Positions 36,744-46,284 of a stretch of DNA of 64,000 nt are shown here, piece by piece. A program made the translations under genes and the position numbers. The stretch is from assembly GCA_041559015.1 (NCBI GenBank), contig JBFFED010000003.1, positions 7,495 through 71,494 on the forward strand, in the 5' to 3' direction. The notes beneath the pieces are model-generated. The model did not search any database. It was given only the letters and a program-made list of their open reading frames with translations, and was not told the DNA's origin. Source of the stretch: Thermoplasmata archaeon. GTDB taxonomy: Archaea > Thermoplasmatota > Thermoplasmata > UBA10834. Within the stretch, counting starts at the first letter, position 1. The number at the start of each line of letters is the position of its first letter.

Positions 36744-37868
36744 TCAGAGCCTGGCGGCCAGGTCCTTCACGAGATCCAGCCCCTTCGCTATGTTCCCCTG
36801 AGAGTTGGCATACGAGAACCTCAGGTGTCCCTCGCCCTTCGACCCGAAGGAGGATCCGGGGGCGCATATCACGCCCGCTTCCAGTATCCTCAAGGCGAGC
36901 TTCTCCGAGGCGATCTTCTGCGCATAGCTTGGGAATGCGTAGAATGCGCCGCTCACCGCGGGCGTGTTGAAGGTCGGTATCTCGGCGAGCTTCCTCAGGG
37001 CGACGTCCCGCCGCTTCCTGAACTCCGCAAGGATCTCCGCCTGGAACCTATCCAGCACCTTGAGACCCTCGAGCACTGCGAACTGAGTCGCCGTCGGCGG
37101 GCAAGCGAGGGTGTAGTACTGCACCTTGGAGAGTTGCTGGACTATCTCCTTGGAGGTTGCGACGTAGCCTATCCTCCAGCCGGTGGCGGCGAGCGACTTG
37201 GAGAACGATTGCACGATGATGGTATCGTTGTGGAACCTCGCGAAGGACCAGTGCTCTCCCTCGTAGACATACCCGTCGTACACCTCGTCCGAGAGGATGT
37301 ACATCTTGTGCTCCTTGGCGACCTCGCATAGGGCCTTCACGGTCTCCTTGGGGAATACCGTCCCGGTAGGGTTAGACGGGCTGTTGAGTATGATCGCCTT
37401 CGTCTTCGGGGTGATGAGGGACTTGACCTCCTCGACGTCCGGGAGGTAGCCGTTCTCGCGCCTGAGCGTGTACTCGACTGGCCTTCCCCCGGCGAGCTTC
37501 ACATCGGGCCCGTAGATGATGAATCCCGGGTTCGGGACCAAGGCCTCGTCGCCCTCGCCCAGGATCGTCTCGCAGGCGATCCTCATGCCCTCGGTGGCCC
37601 CAGCGGTCACGATGACGTTGTCGAACGAGACGTCCTTGCGGTATCTCCTGAGGTATTCGGCGATCGCCTCCCTCAGCTCTGGGATCCCAGCGCTTGGCCC
37701 GTACTTGTTGTGGCCTTCCCTGAGGGCCCTGCAGAAGGCTTCGATCATCTCCCTGGGCGGCTGAATATCCGGTTCGCCGAGCCCGAGGTTGATTGCGCTC
37801 CGGGGCGCGGCCTCGAACAGCTTCCTGATACCGGAGACCTTCAGCGACGAGACACGCTCTGGGAACAT
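36744..37868 (-). CDS. Class I/II pyridoxal-phosphate aminotransferase (aspartate aminotransferase-like)
   Basis: It has VSGIRKLFE, LGLGEPD, and the PLP-Lys context QSFSKSLAATGWRIGY. The ATG at 37868 is preferred over 37898. Confidence 0.87.
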   Translation of the reverse strand: MFPERVSSLKVSGIRKLFEAAPRSAINLGLGEPDIQPPREMIEAFCRALREGHNKYGPSAGIPELREAIAEYLRRYRKDVSFDNVIVTAGATEGMRIACETILGEGDEALVPNPGFIIYGPDVKLAGGRPVEYTLRRENGYLPDVEEVKSLITPKTKAIILNSPSNPTGTVFPKETVKALCEVAKEHKMYILSDEVYDGYVYEGEHWSFARFHNDTIIVQSFSKSLAATGWRIGYVATSKEIVQQLSKVQYYTLACPPTATQFAVLEGLKVLDRFQAEILAEFRKRRDVALRKLAEIPTFNTPAVSGAFYAFPSYAQKIASEKLALRILEAGVICAPGSSFGSKGEGHLRFSYANSQGNIAKGLDLVKDLAARL

Positions 37869-37998
37869 CCAACCCCGGGGACGTACATATCCGTACATTA
37901 ACCGTTCGGGGATACACTACGACGGTTGAGAACGTGTTAACAGGTCGCACACGAACGGCACCGCGCCCGGAAGAGTGACTGTCGGCCCAGAAGGGCGC

Positions 37999-38967
37999 TC
38001 ACTTGCCAACGGACCGGACCGGGGCAGCAAGGTCGTCGGATACCACGGACACCCTCGCCTTCGACATAGACTCGTGGACCAAGGCGCCGACTATCCCTGC
38101 CAGCACCTGGAAGGGCGGCGCGAGGAACGCCGTGCCCCAGACGAATGCCGCCGCCCGCGTGGAGAACTTCATATCCCGCACAGACTGGAGCCACTCGGCA
38201 TCGTCATCCGCCTCCAGGCCCACCAAAGAGCGACCGAGGGCGCAGTCCACATGCGCCGTCAGGGTCGTAATCATCCAGACTATCTCCCTGAGAGGAGTCT
38301 GCGCCCCGCCGAAGTCCGTCGCGCCCTTCACGATCGCCTTCCTGAGGTCCTCCGCGGTGGAGCCCTCGTAAGTGGTGTATGCGTTCCCGACCATCGTGTA
38401 ATGGTGCGCGTCGCTCCCGCCCATCTTGGCCAGGTCGGACCCTGTGAAGGCGTGCTTCGCGAAGGCGTTCGAGTATCCATCGATGTGCATGCTGTTGAGC
38501 ACCTCGATGCCGTCCAGGTCCAGGCCTGAGATTGCCTTGCCGAGGCACTTGCACCTCGAGCTGAATGGGTGTGGGGCGACGGCGACCCCTCCCTGGGCGT
38601 GTATCCTGTCGATGGTCTCCTCAGGTGACAGGCCTGGGGGGACCGTCTCCTGAAGGAACAATCCGAGGATCTCCCCGCTGGGTGTGAGTACCTCCTCGCC
38701 CAGCACGACCTCCACCTTCGACGGCACCTCCTTCGCCTTGAGCGCCCCCCTGAGGCTGTTGTGGTCCGTGACGCAGAGCACATCGAGGCCCTTCCTCTCC
38801 GCCGTTCTGACGACGTCCCTGGGCTCCGAAACGCTGTCCGGGACCTTCAGGAACTCTATCCTGGTCAGCCCGGAGTACTTCGTGTGGACGTGTGTGTCCG
38901 CCCTTCCCCTCATCGAGGGGGAGGAAGAGCGAGGTAGACAACATAGTTTTCGATTGAACGAGCTCAC
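37999..38967 (-). CDS. PHP-domain metal-dependent phosphoesterase with a hydrophobic C-terminal extension
   Basis: It has ADTHVHTKYSG, CVTDHNS, GGVAVAPHP and GGSDAHH motifs. The C-terminal ~70 aa contain a hydrophobic stretch (AAFVWGTAFLAPPFQVLAGIVGALV). Confidence 0.75.
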   Translation of the reverse strand: MSSFNRKLCCLPRSSSPSMRGRADTHVHTKYSGLTRIEFLKVPDSVSEPRDVVRTAERKGLDVLCVTDHNSLRGALKAKEVPSKVEVVLGEEVLTPSGEILGLFLQETVPPGLSPEETIDRIHAQGGVAVAPHPFSSRCKCLGKAISGLDLDGIEVLNSMHIDGYSNAFAKHAFTGSDLAKMGGSDAHHYTMVGNAYTTYEGSTAEDLRKAIVKGATDFGGAQTPLREIVWMITTLTAHVDCALGRSLVGLEADDDAEWLQSVRDMKFSTRAAAFVWGTAFLAPPFQVLAGIVGALVHESMSKARVSVVSDDLAAPVRSVGK

Positions 38968-39963
38968 TCACGAGAGCCTCTTGCTGTACCAGATGCTCTC
39001 CCCGTCCTTCTCGAACCCGAAGGATCTGTAGAGGTCGAAGGCCTTCTCGTTCTTCGCGTAGACGCCGATGTAGACCGTATCCAGGCCCTTCTCCAGAAGC
39101 AGATCGATGCCGTCCGCGAGCAGCGCCTTGGCAAGGCCTCGGCGCCTGTACCGGGGCCTCACGCCGAGAATATCCACCCAGCCGGCCCTCACGCCCCTCT
39201 CCTCGTTGAACGCTGTGGACTCCTCGGAAACGCATATGCCGACGGCCTCATCCCCTCTCATCGCGAGCGTGAGAATGCCCAGGTCCTTGGCCGTGTCCCT
39301 GAAGTTGATCCAGCGCTCAATCTTCTCGGGGGCGAAGCTGAAGTGATCTCGAAATGAATCGTTGAATGTCTCGACTGCGGTTGTGATGTCGGCATCCGAG
39401 CACTCGGCGAATGGCTTCCTATGGATCCTGAAGCCTTCAGGCGGCGGAGCAGGACGGGTTCCGGAGCGACCGCGCCTCACGAGTATGTACACACGGTACT
39501 CCTCCTCGAAGGAATCCGGCTCCAGGAGCGACCGCTTCCAGCCATCCGTGACCACGCTCCTGGAACGGGCCTTGCCGACCCCTTTGGAGCGCAGATACTC
39601 CACGCACGAGTCCAGGAGGCGGTGCTCAATGCCCTTGTCGCGGTGCTCAGGGACGACTTCCACATCCACGAACCCGTCGTCCATCCCCGCTGCGATCCTG
39701 TTACTCTCTATCTGGGCGGCAGCGAAGCCCGCCGCCTCGCCGCCTAGGTACGCGACCCATGAGCCCTCAGGGTCGAAGTCCGGGTCGGCCAGCGTCCACA
39801 CCCTCGCCTCCTCCATCGTGAGCCTTCGCTCATAGGGATGGTCCGCTCTGGACCGCGCGACGATGTCGATGTAGGACCCGAGTTGGTCCTCTGACAGGTG
39901 ACGGAGCTCGAGGTCTGCCACGTATCGGCCAATCACGACCGCCGAGATAATCCTTTTGGGCAT
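38968..39963 (-). CDS. Tandem GNAT-domain N-acetyltransferase
   Basis: 331 aa. The second domain carries the acetyl-CoA motif GVRPRYRRRGLAKALL, and the first half has a degenerate GNAT-like pattern. Confidence 0.72.
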   Translation of the reverse strand: MPKRIISAVVIGRYVADLELRHLSEDQLGSYIDIVARSRADHPYERRLTMEEARVWTLADPDFDPEGSWVAYLGGEAAGFAAAQIESNRIAAGMDDGFVDVEVVPEHRDKGIEHRLLDSCVEYLRSKGVGKARSRSVVTDGWKRSLLEPDSFEEEYRVYILVRRGRSGTRPAPPPEGFRIHRKPFAECSDADITTAVETFNDSFRDHFSFAPEKIERWINFRDTAKDLGILTLAMRGDEAVGICVSEESTAFNEERGVRAGWVDILGVRPRYRRRGLAKALLADGIDLLLEKGLDTVYIGVYAKNEKAFDLYRSFGFEKDGESIWYSKRLS

Positions 39964-40055
39964 GCGGCTCGAGGGCTCGCCAGGCGTTCGACCTATAGAA
40001 AATCATCAAAGGGTTTCAGGTTTGAACGAATAATTCATGGAAATGAACCGATCGA

Positions 40056-40241
40056 TCAGAACGCGTTTCTTCGTGGGGGCTTGTGCTTCTGGAAGCACTC
40101 TTGGCAGTAGACCGGTCTTCCCTCTGTCGGCTTAAAGGGTACCTCGGACTCGTTCCCGCAGTCGGAGCACTTTATCTTGTGCATCTCCCTTGGGCGCGAG
40201 TCGTATCTACGGCTGCCGCCTCCATACGTGCCGTAACTCAT
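40056..40241 (-). CDS. CxxC-x17-CxxC zinc-ribbon small protein
   Basis: 61 aa. KCSDCGNESEVPFKPTEGRPVYCQECF gives exactly CxxC-17-CxxC, flanked by basic tails. Confidence 0.68.
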   Translation of the reverse strand: MSYGTYGGGSRRYDSRPREMHKIKCSDCGNESEVPFKPTEGRPVYCQECFQKHKPPRRNAF

Positions 40242-40585
40242 TGCTTATTTCTCCTTTTGCGTGAGCGAATGAACGCCCGACGCAATCATCTCTAGAATGT
40301 CTTGGTACAAGTAGTCATGCATGCCACGGGAAACGGGAGGCCCGAGTATTCTGCAGACCATCACTCGCCCAAAACCCCAATGCTGGACACGGAATCCGTG
40401 CCCGTATTCGGTCAACTATTAAGTACAAGGGAGATGTATGGAAGCTCAGCCGGAGAGATATATTGGTCCAGAGACACGGGAGATATAGGGGACGCAGGTT
40501 CAACGACCGCAGGGTGCACTCACCTCGGGAGTCCGAGAGGACGGTCATGCTCAACCTCGGGAGAATCACCTCGCTCAGGTATGAC

Positions 40586-40786
40586 ATGAAGGAAGTGATG
40601 AGCCACTACAAGGTCGAGGAGACGACCGCGTCCGCTGTCATGGCTAGCATCATCGCCAAGGGCTCCCGGATCTCAATCGACTCCGCGCTGGATTTCGTCA
40701 GAGAGCAGGAGAAGACGGGCATGTACCCCAGGGAGGCCCTGGAGGAGATATGCGACCTCCTGGACAGGTACTCGAAGCTGCGCTGA
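40586..40786 (+). CDS. Small hypothetical protein
   Basis: 66 aa from the ATG at 40586 (MKEVMSHYKVEETTASAV...). It looks helical. The upstream part of the ORF-track frame is R-rich and unlikely to be coding. Confidence 0.35.
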   Translation: MKEVMSHYKVEETTASAVMASIIAKGSRISIDSALDFVREQEKTGMYPREALEEICDLLDRYSKLR

Positions 40787-41012
40787 TTCCCCTTTCGTGT
40801 CCCCATGCCGGTTCCTCGCTTTCGATGGCTTTCTTCTCTTGAGTTGCCTCGACGGGCTTGATCCGCCGCGGCAGAACTGTCTAGCGCCTGGAAATCTTGG
40901 GGCGCCAAACGCTAACGTTCGGAACGCGTAGCCAGGTTTTCGTCTTTCTGATAATCGATGCTTGATAACAGGAACGTTTTCTTGAAGGACACGGGGGACA
41001 GAAGAATACCTC

Positions 41013-41789
41013 GTGGCATCACCCTTCCCAGAGCACGGCCTGACCGCGAACCTGTACCTGCCGCGGCCGGCCATCAGGACGCAGCGACGCAGGACCAAAC
41101 GCCTGACGACCATAGCTGTCGTCCTGGGATTCGTCGGGGTGCTCCTCCTTCAGATGGTCCCTGATGCGCCTGGGGATGATGCGGCCAGCACCCAGGAGAC
41201 GACCGCGGAGCAGGGCAACAATTCCTATGAGTTCGCCCTGCACATGCTCAACCACACTGTCAGGGCACCGACGGGCAATGGCACCCTGTTCGGTTTCGAC
41301 AGCGCCCAACTGCCCTTCAACTTCTCCGAGCTCGTCTTCGGCGAGTTCCGGGGGGACACCGAGTTCCGCGACAGGTACTATGCAGGCTTCAGCCTGCTCG
41401 CGCGCGCGGAGGGTCCCAACGCGAGCATCAGGTTCCTGGAGGCGGACGGGAAGCTGGTCGAGCAGATCGGTTACCAGGGGCAGTCTCTCATCGTCCTGAA
41501 CGGTTGGGAATCCATCTCCAAGGACGGTAAGGGGAAGGTAATCAACCACACGTGGGGTTCCATGCAGATAGCCGCATATGACTGGGAAGAAGGTTCGTGG
41601 TCCCCTGAGGAAGGCATCGCGGTCGAACACCCATCCGAAGTGACCGTCACGAGCGCCTCGCTCTGCCTGATGGTCTACGAGCCGGGCAGCAGCACCGACA
41701 TCCCCGAGTTCGGCCCAGGACTCGCCTGCTTGGCGCTGGCGCTCCTGGTCCTGGTCGCGAGAAGGCAGAGGTCCAGCAAGAGACCGTGA
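41013..41789 (+). CDS. Putative surface glycoprotein with a PEF-CTERM-like sorting signal
   Basis: 258 aa (GVTG start at 41013 is GTG). It has an N-terminal signal anchor (RLTTIAVVLGFVGVLLLQ) and six N-x-S/T sequons. The C-terminus PEFGPGLACLALALLVLVARRQRSSKRP reads as motif, TM helix, then basic cluster. Confidence 0.6.
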   Translation: MASPFPEHGLTANLYLPRPAIRTQRRRTKRLTTIAVVLGFVGVLLLQMVPDAPGDDAASTQETTAEQGNNSYEFALHMLNHTVRAPTGNGTLFGFDSAQLPFNFSELVFGEFRGDTEFRDRYYAGFSLLARAEGPNASIRFLEADGKLVEQIGYQGQSLIVLNGWESISKDGKGKVINHTWGSMQIAAYDWEEGSWSPEEGIAVEHPSEVTVTSASLCLMVYEPGSSTDIPEFGPGLACLALALLVLVARRQRSSKRP

Positions 41790-41840
41790 TTGGCGCGTCA
41801 TCCCGCGTGCTGTCAATTGGCTGTCTCGCCTCGCACCCGG

Positions 41841-41850
41841 ATTCTTTTCG
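41841..41850. terminator. T-tract between convergent genes
   Basis: ATTCTTTTCG lies in the 114-nt gap between the PEF-CTERM-like gene and the znuB-like gene. Confidence 0.25.
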
Positions 41851-41903
41851 ATTCGCGAGACCGTCGACCTCTCGCCGATGTGCTCGCACTGGGCAGATCT
41901 ACA

Positions 41904-42695
41904 CTAGCCCAGGCGTTTGTACGCCGCGGTGACCACGAAGATGGCCACGGCGAGGAACACGATCACGCCGCTTGTGGCCACATCGTATATCGCGGATAGC
42001 AGCACCCCGAGCATCATGCTCACCGTGCCGAAAACGATGGCCGCGGCCGTGGTCCCTCTGAAGGACAGCTTCAGCTGGAGCGCGGACAGGCCCGGGAGGA
42101 CCAGCAACGCCACGACGAGCACTATCCCGACGACCTTGATGGAGAGCACGATCGTGGTGGCGACGAGTATGCTGAACGAGAGGGATATGGGTTCCACCGG
42201 GATGCCCATCAGCTTCGATGCGCCCTCGTCGAAGGTTATCGACAGGAGCTCCTTGTAGAAGACACCCAGGAAGACGAGAGTGACCAGCCCGAGGACTGAC
42301 ACCACCAGCAGGTCGGTCGAGTCTATCGTGAGTATTGACCCGAATAGGTAACCGAACAGCTCCACATTGAAGCCCCCGGCGATGCTCACGATTATCAGCC
42401 CTCCCGAGAAACCAGTCGCGAGCATGACCGCTATGGCGGAGTCGGAAGTGGCGATGCCCCTCGACCTCATGTAGTGTATCCCCACGACCGCGAATATGCA
42501 GACGACGAGGGCGGTGAGGATAGGCGATATGCCCAGGAGCAGCCCGAGGGCTATGCCCCCGAAGGCGGTGTGCGCCACGCCGTCGCCTATCATCGCCTCC
42601 TTCCTGAGGATCAGGAAGACGCCGACCCAGGCGCATGCGAACGCCGCGATCGTGCCCCCCAGGAGGGCATATTGGAAGAACTGGAATCCGAGCAT
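41904..42695 (-). CDS. znuB: Metal (Zn/Mn) ABC transporter permease, ABC-3 family
   Basis: FQYALLGGTIAAFACAWVGVFLILRKEAMIGDGVAHTAFGGIALG is the ABC-3 signature region. The ATG at 42695 is chosen; the family alignment suggests the true start may lie a few codons upstream, at the znuC stop. Confidence 0.85.
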   Translation of the reverse strand: MLGFQFFQYALLGGTIAAFACAWVGVFLILRKEAMIGDGVAHTAFGGIALGLLLGISPILTALVVCIFAVVGIHYMRSRGIATSDSAIAVMLATGFSGGLIIVSIAGGFNVELFGYLFGSILTIDSTDLLVVSVLGLVTLVFLGVFYKELLSITFDEGASKLMGIPVEPISLSFSILVATTIVLSIKVVGIVLVVALLVLPGLSALQLKLSFRGTTAAAIVFGTVSMMLGVLLSAIYDVATSGVIVFLAVAIFVVTAAYKRLG

Positions 42696-42720
42696 GCGGG
42701 GGATGTCGAGGAGTGAGAGC

Positions 42721-43506
42721 TCAATCGTTCCCGAACACCCCCTCGCACTCGTGCTTGTGGAAGACGAACCTGAAGTGCTCCCCATAGGCCTTCTTGAGGA
42801 ACTCCCCCGGCTCCTTGAGCTCGCTGATCCCGGCCATGTTGACCTCCCTGCTGACGCACATGACCTTGGACATCCTGCAGAAGACCGCGGTGAGGTCGTG
42901 GGAGACCGTGCAGATCGTGATCCCCTTGTTCAGGTTGATGTCGCTCAGGATCCTGTAGAACTTCTCCTGCGAGGCGGCATCGACCCCCGTCACGGGCTCG
43001 TCCAGGAACAGTATCCTGGGGCTGCGCACGAGCACCTTGGCCACGAAGACCCGCTGCTTCTGCCCGCCCGAGAGCTCGCCTATCCTCTGCCCCGAGAGCT
43101 CCGACATGCCAACTGTCTCCAGCATATCGTCCACGGCCTTCCAGTCCTCCTGCCTGAGCCGCCTCCCGATGTTGCCCCTGTTGACCCTGCCGAAGGCCAC
43201 GAGCTCCCTCACGGACAGCGGGAAGCTCGAGTCGAATGAGGTGGCGTCCTGAGAGACGTATGCCACGAACTCCCAGTTGCGGAAACGATGCAACGGTTCC
43301 CCGAAGAGTTCTATCTCTCCCCTGTCGACGGGTAGCATCCCGAGGAGCGCGAGGAGCAGCGTAGTCTTTCCCCCGCCGTTGGGCCCGACGATGCCGACGT
43401 AGTCACCTTCTCTGATCGTGAAGTTGGCGTTCTCGATCACCGGCCCGTTCGACCTGGACACGGACAGGTTCCTGACCTCGACCACAGTCTTGTTCTCGTC
43501 GCTCAT
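42721..43506 (-). CDS. znuC: Metal ABC transporter ATP-binding protein
   Basis: Walker A is GPNGGGKTT, the signature is LSGGQKQR, and Walker B is ILFLDEP. Confidence 0.9.
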   Translation of the reverse strand: MSDENKTVVEVRNLSVSRSNGPVIENANFTIREGDYVGIVGPNGGGKTTLLLALLGMLPVDRGEIELFGEPLHRFRNWEFVAYVSQDATSFDSSFPLSVRELVAFGRVNRGNIGRRLRQEDWKAVDDMLETVGMSELSGQRIGELSGGQKQRVFVAKVLVRSPRILFLDEPVTGVDAASQEKFYRILSDINLNKGITICTVSHDLTAVFCRMSKVMCVSREVNMAGISELKEPGEFLKKAYGEHFRFVFHKHECEGVFGND

Positions 43507-43557
43507 CTCATTGCCCCGTCAACTTCCCCCAGGCACTCGCCGCGGCGCGTGACCCGG

Positions 43558-44484
43558 TCATCCGGCCTCCAGCCCGGCTGCGAGGTTCTCCAGGTTCGCC
43601 TCCATCTGCGCGATCATGTCCAGGCCATCCACTACCCCGACGAGCAGGTACAAGTGCATCACGACCACCTCGTGCCCCGTCTGGTCCTCGAGGCTCCTTC
43701 GGAGCGTGTCCGCGTAGTCCTCGCGATAGAGAGGGTCGACATACACGACGTAGATATCGTACTCCACCATAAGCTCGACTAGCGAGGCGATGGTCGTGGC
43801 GCTCGGGCTCTCGTCCGCGGACAGGCCGATTATCCCGTGCTGCTCGAAACCGTACCGGCTTGCGAGATAACCGTAGGCAGAGTGTCCGACGAACGCGTCA
43901 GACTTGTCCTTGCCAGACAGACGTTCAGTGTAGGAGCTGTCGAGCGCCTCGAGCCGGCTCGACAGAAGGGCCCACCTCTCGCCGTAGTAGCTCGAGTTCC
44001 CAGGGTCGACGGAGACCAGCGCTTGGTGGATCCTCTCGGCCTGCCACCTCGCCACATACGGGCTCAGCCAGGTGTGCGGGTCGTAGGATGAGTCGCCGCC
44101 TGAAGGCAGCAGGTCGAGGCCGGAGGTGGTGTCGATAATCAGCTTGCCCTCCGTGTCCAAGGCTGGGAGTATCTCGTCCTCGAACCACGGTTCGAGCCCA
44201 GCCCCGTTGTACACGACTATGTCCGCCGTGTCGACCTCGAGCATGTCCCTCGTCGAGGGTTCCCAGGAGTGAACCTCGTTGTTCTGTGGAATAAGTGTTT
44301 TGACGGAGACCCGCTCGCCCCCGATCGTCTCCGCGAGGTAGGCCAGAGGATAGAAGGTCGCGACGACGCTTGTCCTGTCGTCCTCCTCCGATTGCTGGAG
44401 GAGCGAGGCGAGCGCGATGCTCGACACCATGGCAGCGCATGCAACAGCCAGGGCTGCCAGGAAGATCTTCTGTCTGCGATTCAT
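43558..44484 (-). CDS. znuA: Metal ABC transporter substrate-binding protein (ZnuA/TroA cluster 9)
   Basis: It has an N-terminal signal/anchor and the motifs VVATFYPLAYLAE, NEVHSWEPS and DPHTWLSP. Confidence 0.87.
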   Translation of the reverse strand: MNRRQKIFLAALAVACAAMVSSIALASLLQQSEEDDRTSVVATFYPLAYLAETIGGERVSVKTLIPQNNEVHSWEPSTRDMLEVDTADIVVYNGAGLEPWFEDEILPALDTEGKLIIDTTSGLDLLPSGGDSSYDPHTWLSPYVARWQAERIHQALVSVDPGNSSYYGERWALLSSRLEALDSSYTERLSGKDKSDAFVGHSAYGYLASRYGFEQHGIIGLSADESPSATTIASLVELMVEYDIYVVYVDPLYREDYADTLRRSLEDQTGHEVVVMHLYLLVGVVDGLDMIAQMEANLENLAAGLEAG

Positions 44485-44598
44485 TTGCCGTCTCCGGAAG
44501 AGTGTAGCAGGCGCTGCGGCGCCAGTGAAGATATCGATTCATGTCTATTAATATCGCCCACTGCCCTGGCACCCTTGACGGACGGCGTGCAAGAACTG

Positions 44599-45723
44599 TC
44601 AGGTCTGCTCGGGCGCTGCGCGCCGCTTGCGCAGGGGCTTTCCCTCGTGGTCGTAGAATCTGCTCTTGAACCAGAGGGACACATTGACCAGGCCTATCAG
44701 AACTGGCACCTCCATGAGGGGTCCTATGACCGCCACGAAGGCGACGATGGAGTATATCCCGAAGGTCGCGACCGCAACGGCTATGGCGAGCTCGAAGTTG
44801 TTGCTGGCGGCTGTGAAGGACTGAGTCGCGGACTGGCCATAGCTGAACCCGAGCCTGTGCGAGAGCCCGAAGCTGAGGAAGAACATGAGCAGGAAGTAGG
44901 CGAGCAGGGGCAACGCGACCCTGGCGACATCCCATGGCCGGCTGATGATCTCCTCGCCCTGGAGCGCGAACATCACCACTATCGTGAAAAGGAGCCCTAC
45001 TAGAGCGAGAGGGCTTATCCTGGGAGCAAAAACGGTATCGTACCACACTCGTCCCTTGTAGCGCCCCAAGAGGAACCAGCTCGCCACCCCGAGGGCGAAC
45101 GGTATCCCCAGGAAGATGAGTACGTTCTTCGCGATCTGAGCCATCGTGATGCCGACCACCGCGGCCTCCGCGGACGGCGCGATGACAGGGGTCATCACCG
45201 TGATGAGCAGGAACGCGAGGACGGAGTACATGAATATCTGGAACACTGAGTTGAGAGCCACGAGGACCGCGCAGTACTCGCAGTCCCCATCCGCGAGCAT
45301 GTTCCATACGAGGACCATCGCTATGCACCTGGCGATGCCTATGAGGATGAGCCCGTTCCTGAACGCTGTCGAGGTCTCATCGGTGCCCGGGAAGGCGAGC
45401 CAAGCAAGGGCGAACATCAGCATTGGGCCTATGGCCCAGTTCAGGACGAGCGAGGTGGTCAGCATCTTCTTGGCCTGTCTGAGCTTGCCCAGCTCGTCGT
45501 AGTGCACCTTGGCCAGTGGCGGATACATCATGACAAGGAGGCCTATGGCTATCGGGAGCGAGACGTCGAACACCTTGATGGAGTCGAGCGTGTCCGCCAG
45601 CTCTGGCACCACGTAGCCGAGGCCAAGCCCCAGGCCCATTGCCAGGAATATCCAGAGGGTCAGGAACTCGTCCAGGAAGGAGAGCCCCTTCCTGGGCGCC
45701 TCGCACGATGGTGCCGCTCCCAT
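44599..45723 (-). CDS. acr3: ACR3-family arsenite efflux permease
   Basis: It has LSFLDEFLTLWIFLAMGLGLGLG and the ACR3 signature IGIARCIAMVLVWN. The ATG at 45723 is chosen because the ORF-track start at 45945 overlaps the upstream ferredoxin gene. Confidence 0.87.
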   Translation of the reverse strand: MGAAPSCEAPRKGLSFLDEFLTLWIFLAMGLGLGLGYVVPELADTLDSIKVFDVSLPIAIGLLVMMYPPLAKVHYDELGKLRQAKKMLTTSLVLNWAIGPMLMFALAWLAFPGTDETSTAFRNGLILIGIARCIAMVLVWNMLADGDCEYCAVLVALNSVFQIFMYSVLAFLLITVMTPVIAPSAEAAVVGITMAQIAKNVLIFLGIPFALGVASWFLLGRYKGRVWYDTVFAPRISPLALVGLLFTIVVMFALQGEEIISRPWDVARVALPLLAYFLLMFFLSFGLSHRLGFSYGQSATQSFTAASNNFELAIAVAVATFGIYSIVAFVAVIGPLMEVPVLIGLVNVSLWFKSRFYDHEGKPLRKRRAAPEQT

Positions 45724-45727
45724 GCTG

Positions 45728-46012
45728 TCAGGCCTTCCCCTGGTGCTCCTCTCTGAGGGCCTTGAGGATATCCCTGATGTCCAGGAGGCTCGGGAACGAG
45801 AGCGCGCCCTCCGGACATTCGGACTGGCACCCTGAGCAGCCGATGATGCAGTTGAAGGGGTTCTTGACGCGCGCCTTCCCGGGCAGGTCATACACGTCGT
45901 GAACGCAGAACTTGACACACGCGCCGCACCCGGTGCACTTCTCATCCAGTATTGTTGGGTACCACGGCACCTTCTCCCTCGGAATGTCCTTGATCGAACT
46001 CACGCCTCTCAC
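45728..46012 (-). CDS. 4Fe-4S dicluster-domain ferredoxin-like protein
   Basis: 94 aa with CTGCGACVKFC and CIIGCSGCQSECP. Confidence 0.72.
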   Translation of the reverse strand: MRGVSSIKDIPREKVPWYPTILDEKCTGCGACVKFCVHDVYDLPGKARVKNPFNCIIGCSGCQSECPEGALSFPSLLDIRDILKALREEHQGKA

Positions 46013-46044
46013 ACCTCCTGCACTCCTCCCCAGGCTCGCCTGGA

Positions 46045-46284
46045 TCAGGCCCTCTCCTTCAATATCTGGACAATCTCTTCCACGGTCGGAATCCTTCCGG
46101 CGGCCACCAAGTCACCGTCTATCGCGAGCCCTGGCGTGGACATCAGCCCACGGTCGACTATCTCGCCTATGTCGGTGACCTTCACGACCTCCGCCTTCAG
46201 GCCCGTCTGCTCGAGGGCCTTCATCACGTTATGCTCGACTCCCCTGCACTTGGGACAGCCCGTCCCGAACACCTCTATCTTCAC
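46045..46284 (-). CDS. Small thioredoxin-fold protein (redox-active disulfide protein 2 type)
   Basis: 79 aa. MKIEVFGTGCPKCRGV has the CxxC at the N-terminus, and the TPGLAIDG cis-Pro region is present. Confidence 0.8.
   Translation of the reverse strand: MKIEVFGTGCPKCRGVEHNVMKALEQTGLKAEVVKVTDIGEIVDRGLMSTPGLAIDGDLVAAGRIPTVEEIVQILKERA

Noticed and set aside
40490-40515. tRNA-like T-loop motif (GCAGGTTCAACGACCGC).
   Set aside because: The flanking bases do not form a T-stem (GCAGG versus ACCGC). No acceptor or anticodon arms can be built. No other GGTTCGAAT-type motif was found outside coding sequence.
43925-45328. 467-aa minus-strand ORF spanning the znuA/ACR3 boundary.
   Set aside because: It is out of frame with both real genes and crosses their intergenic gap. 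Its sequence is R/G/P-rich.
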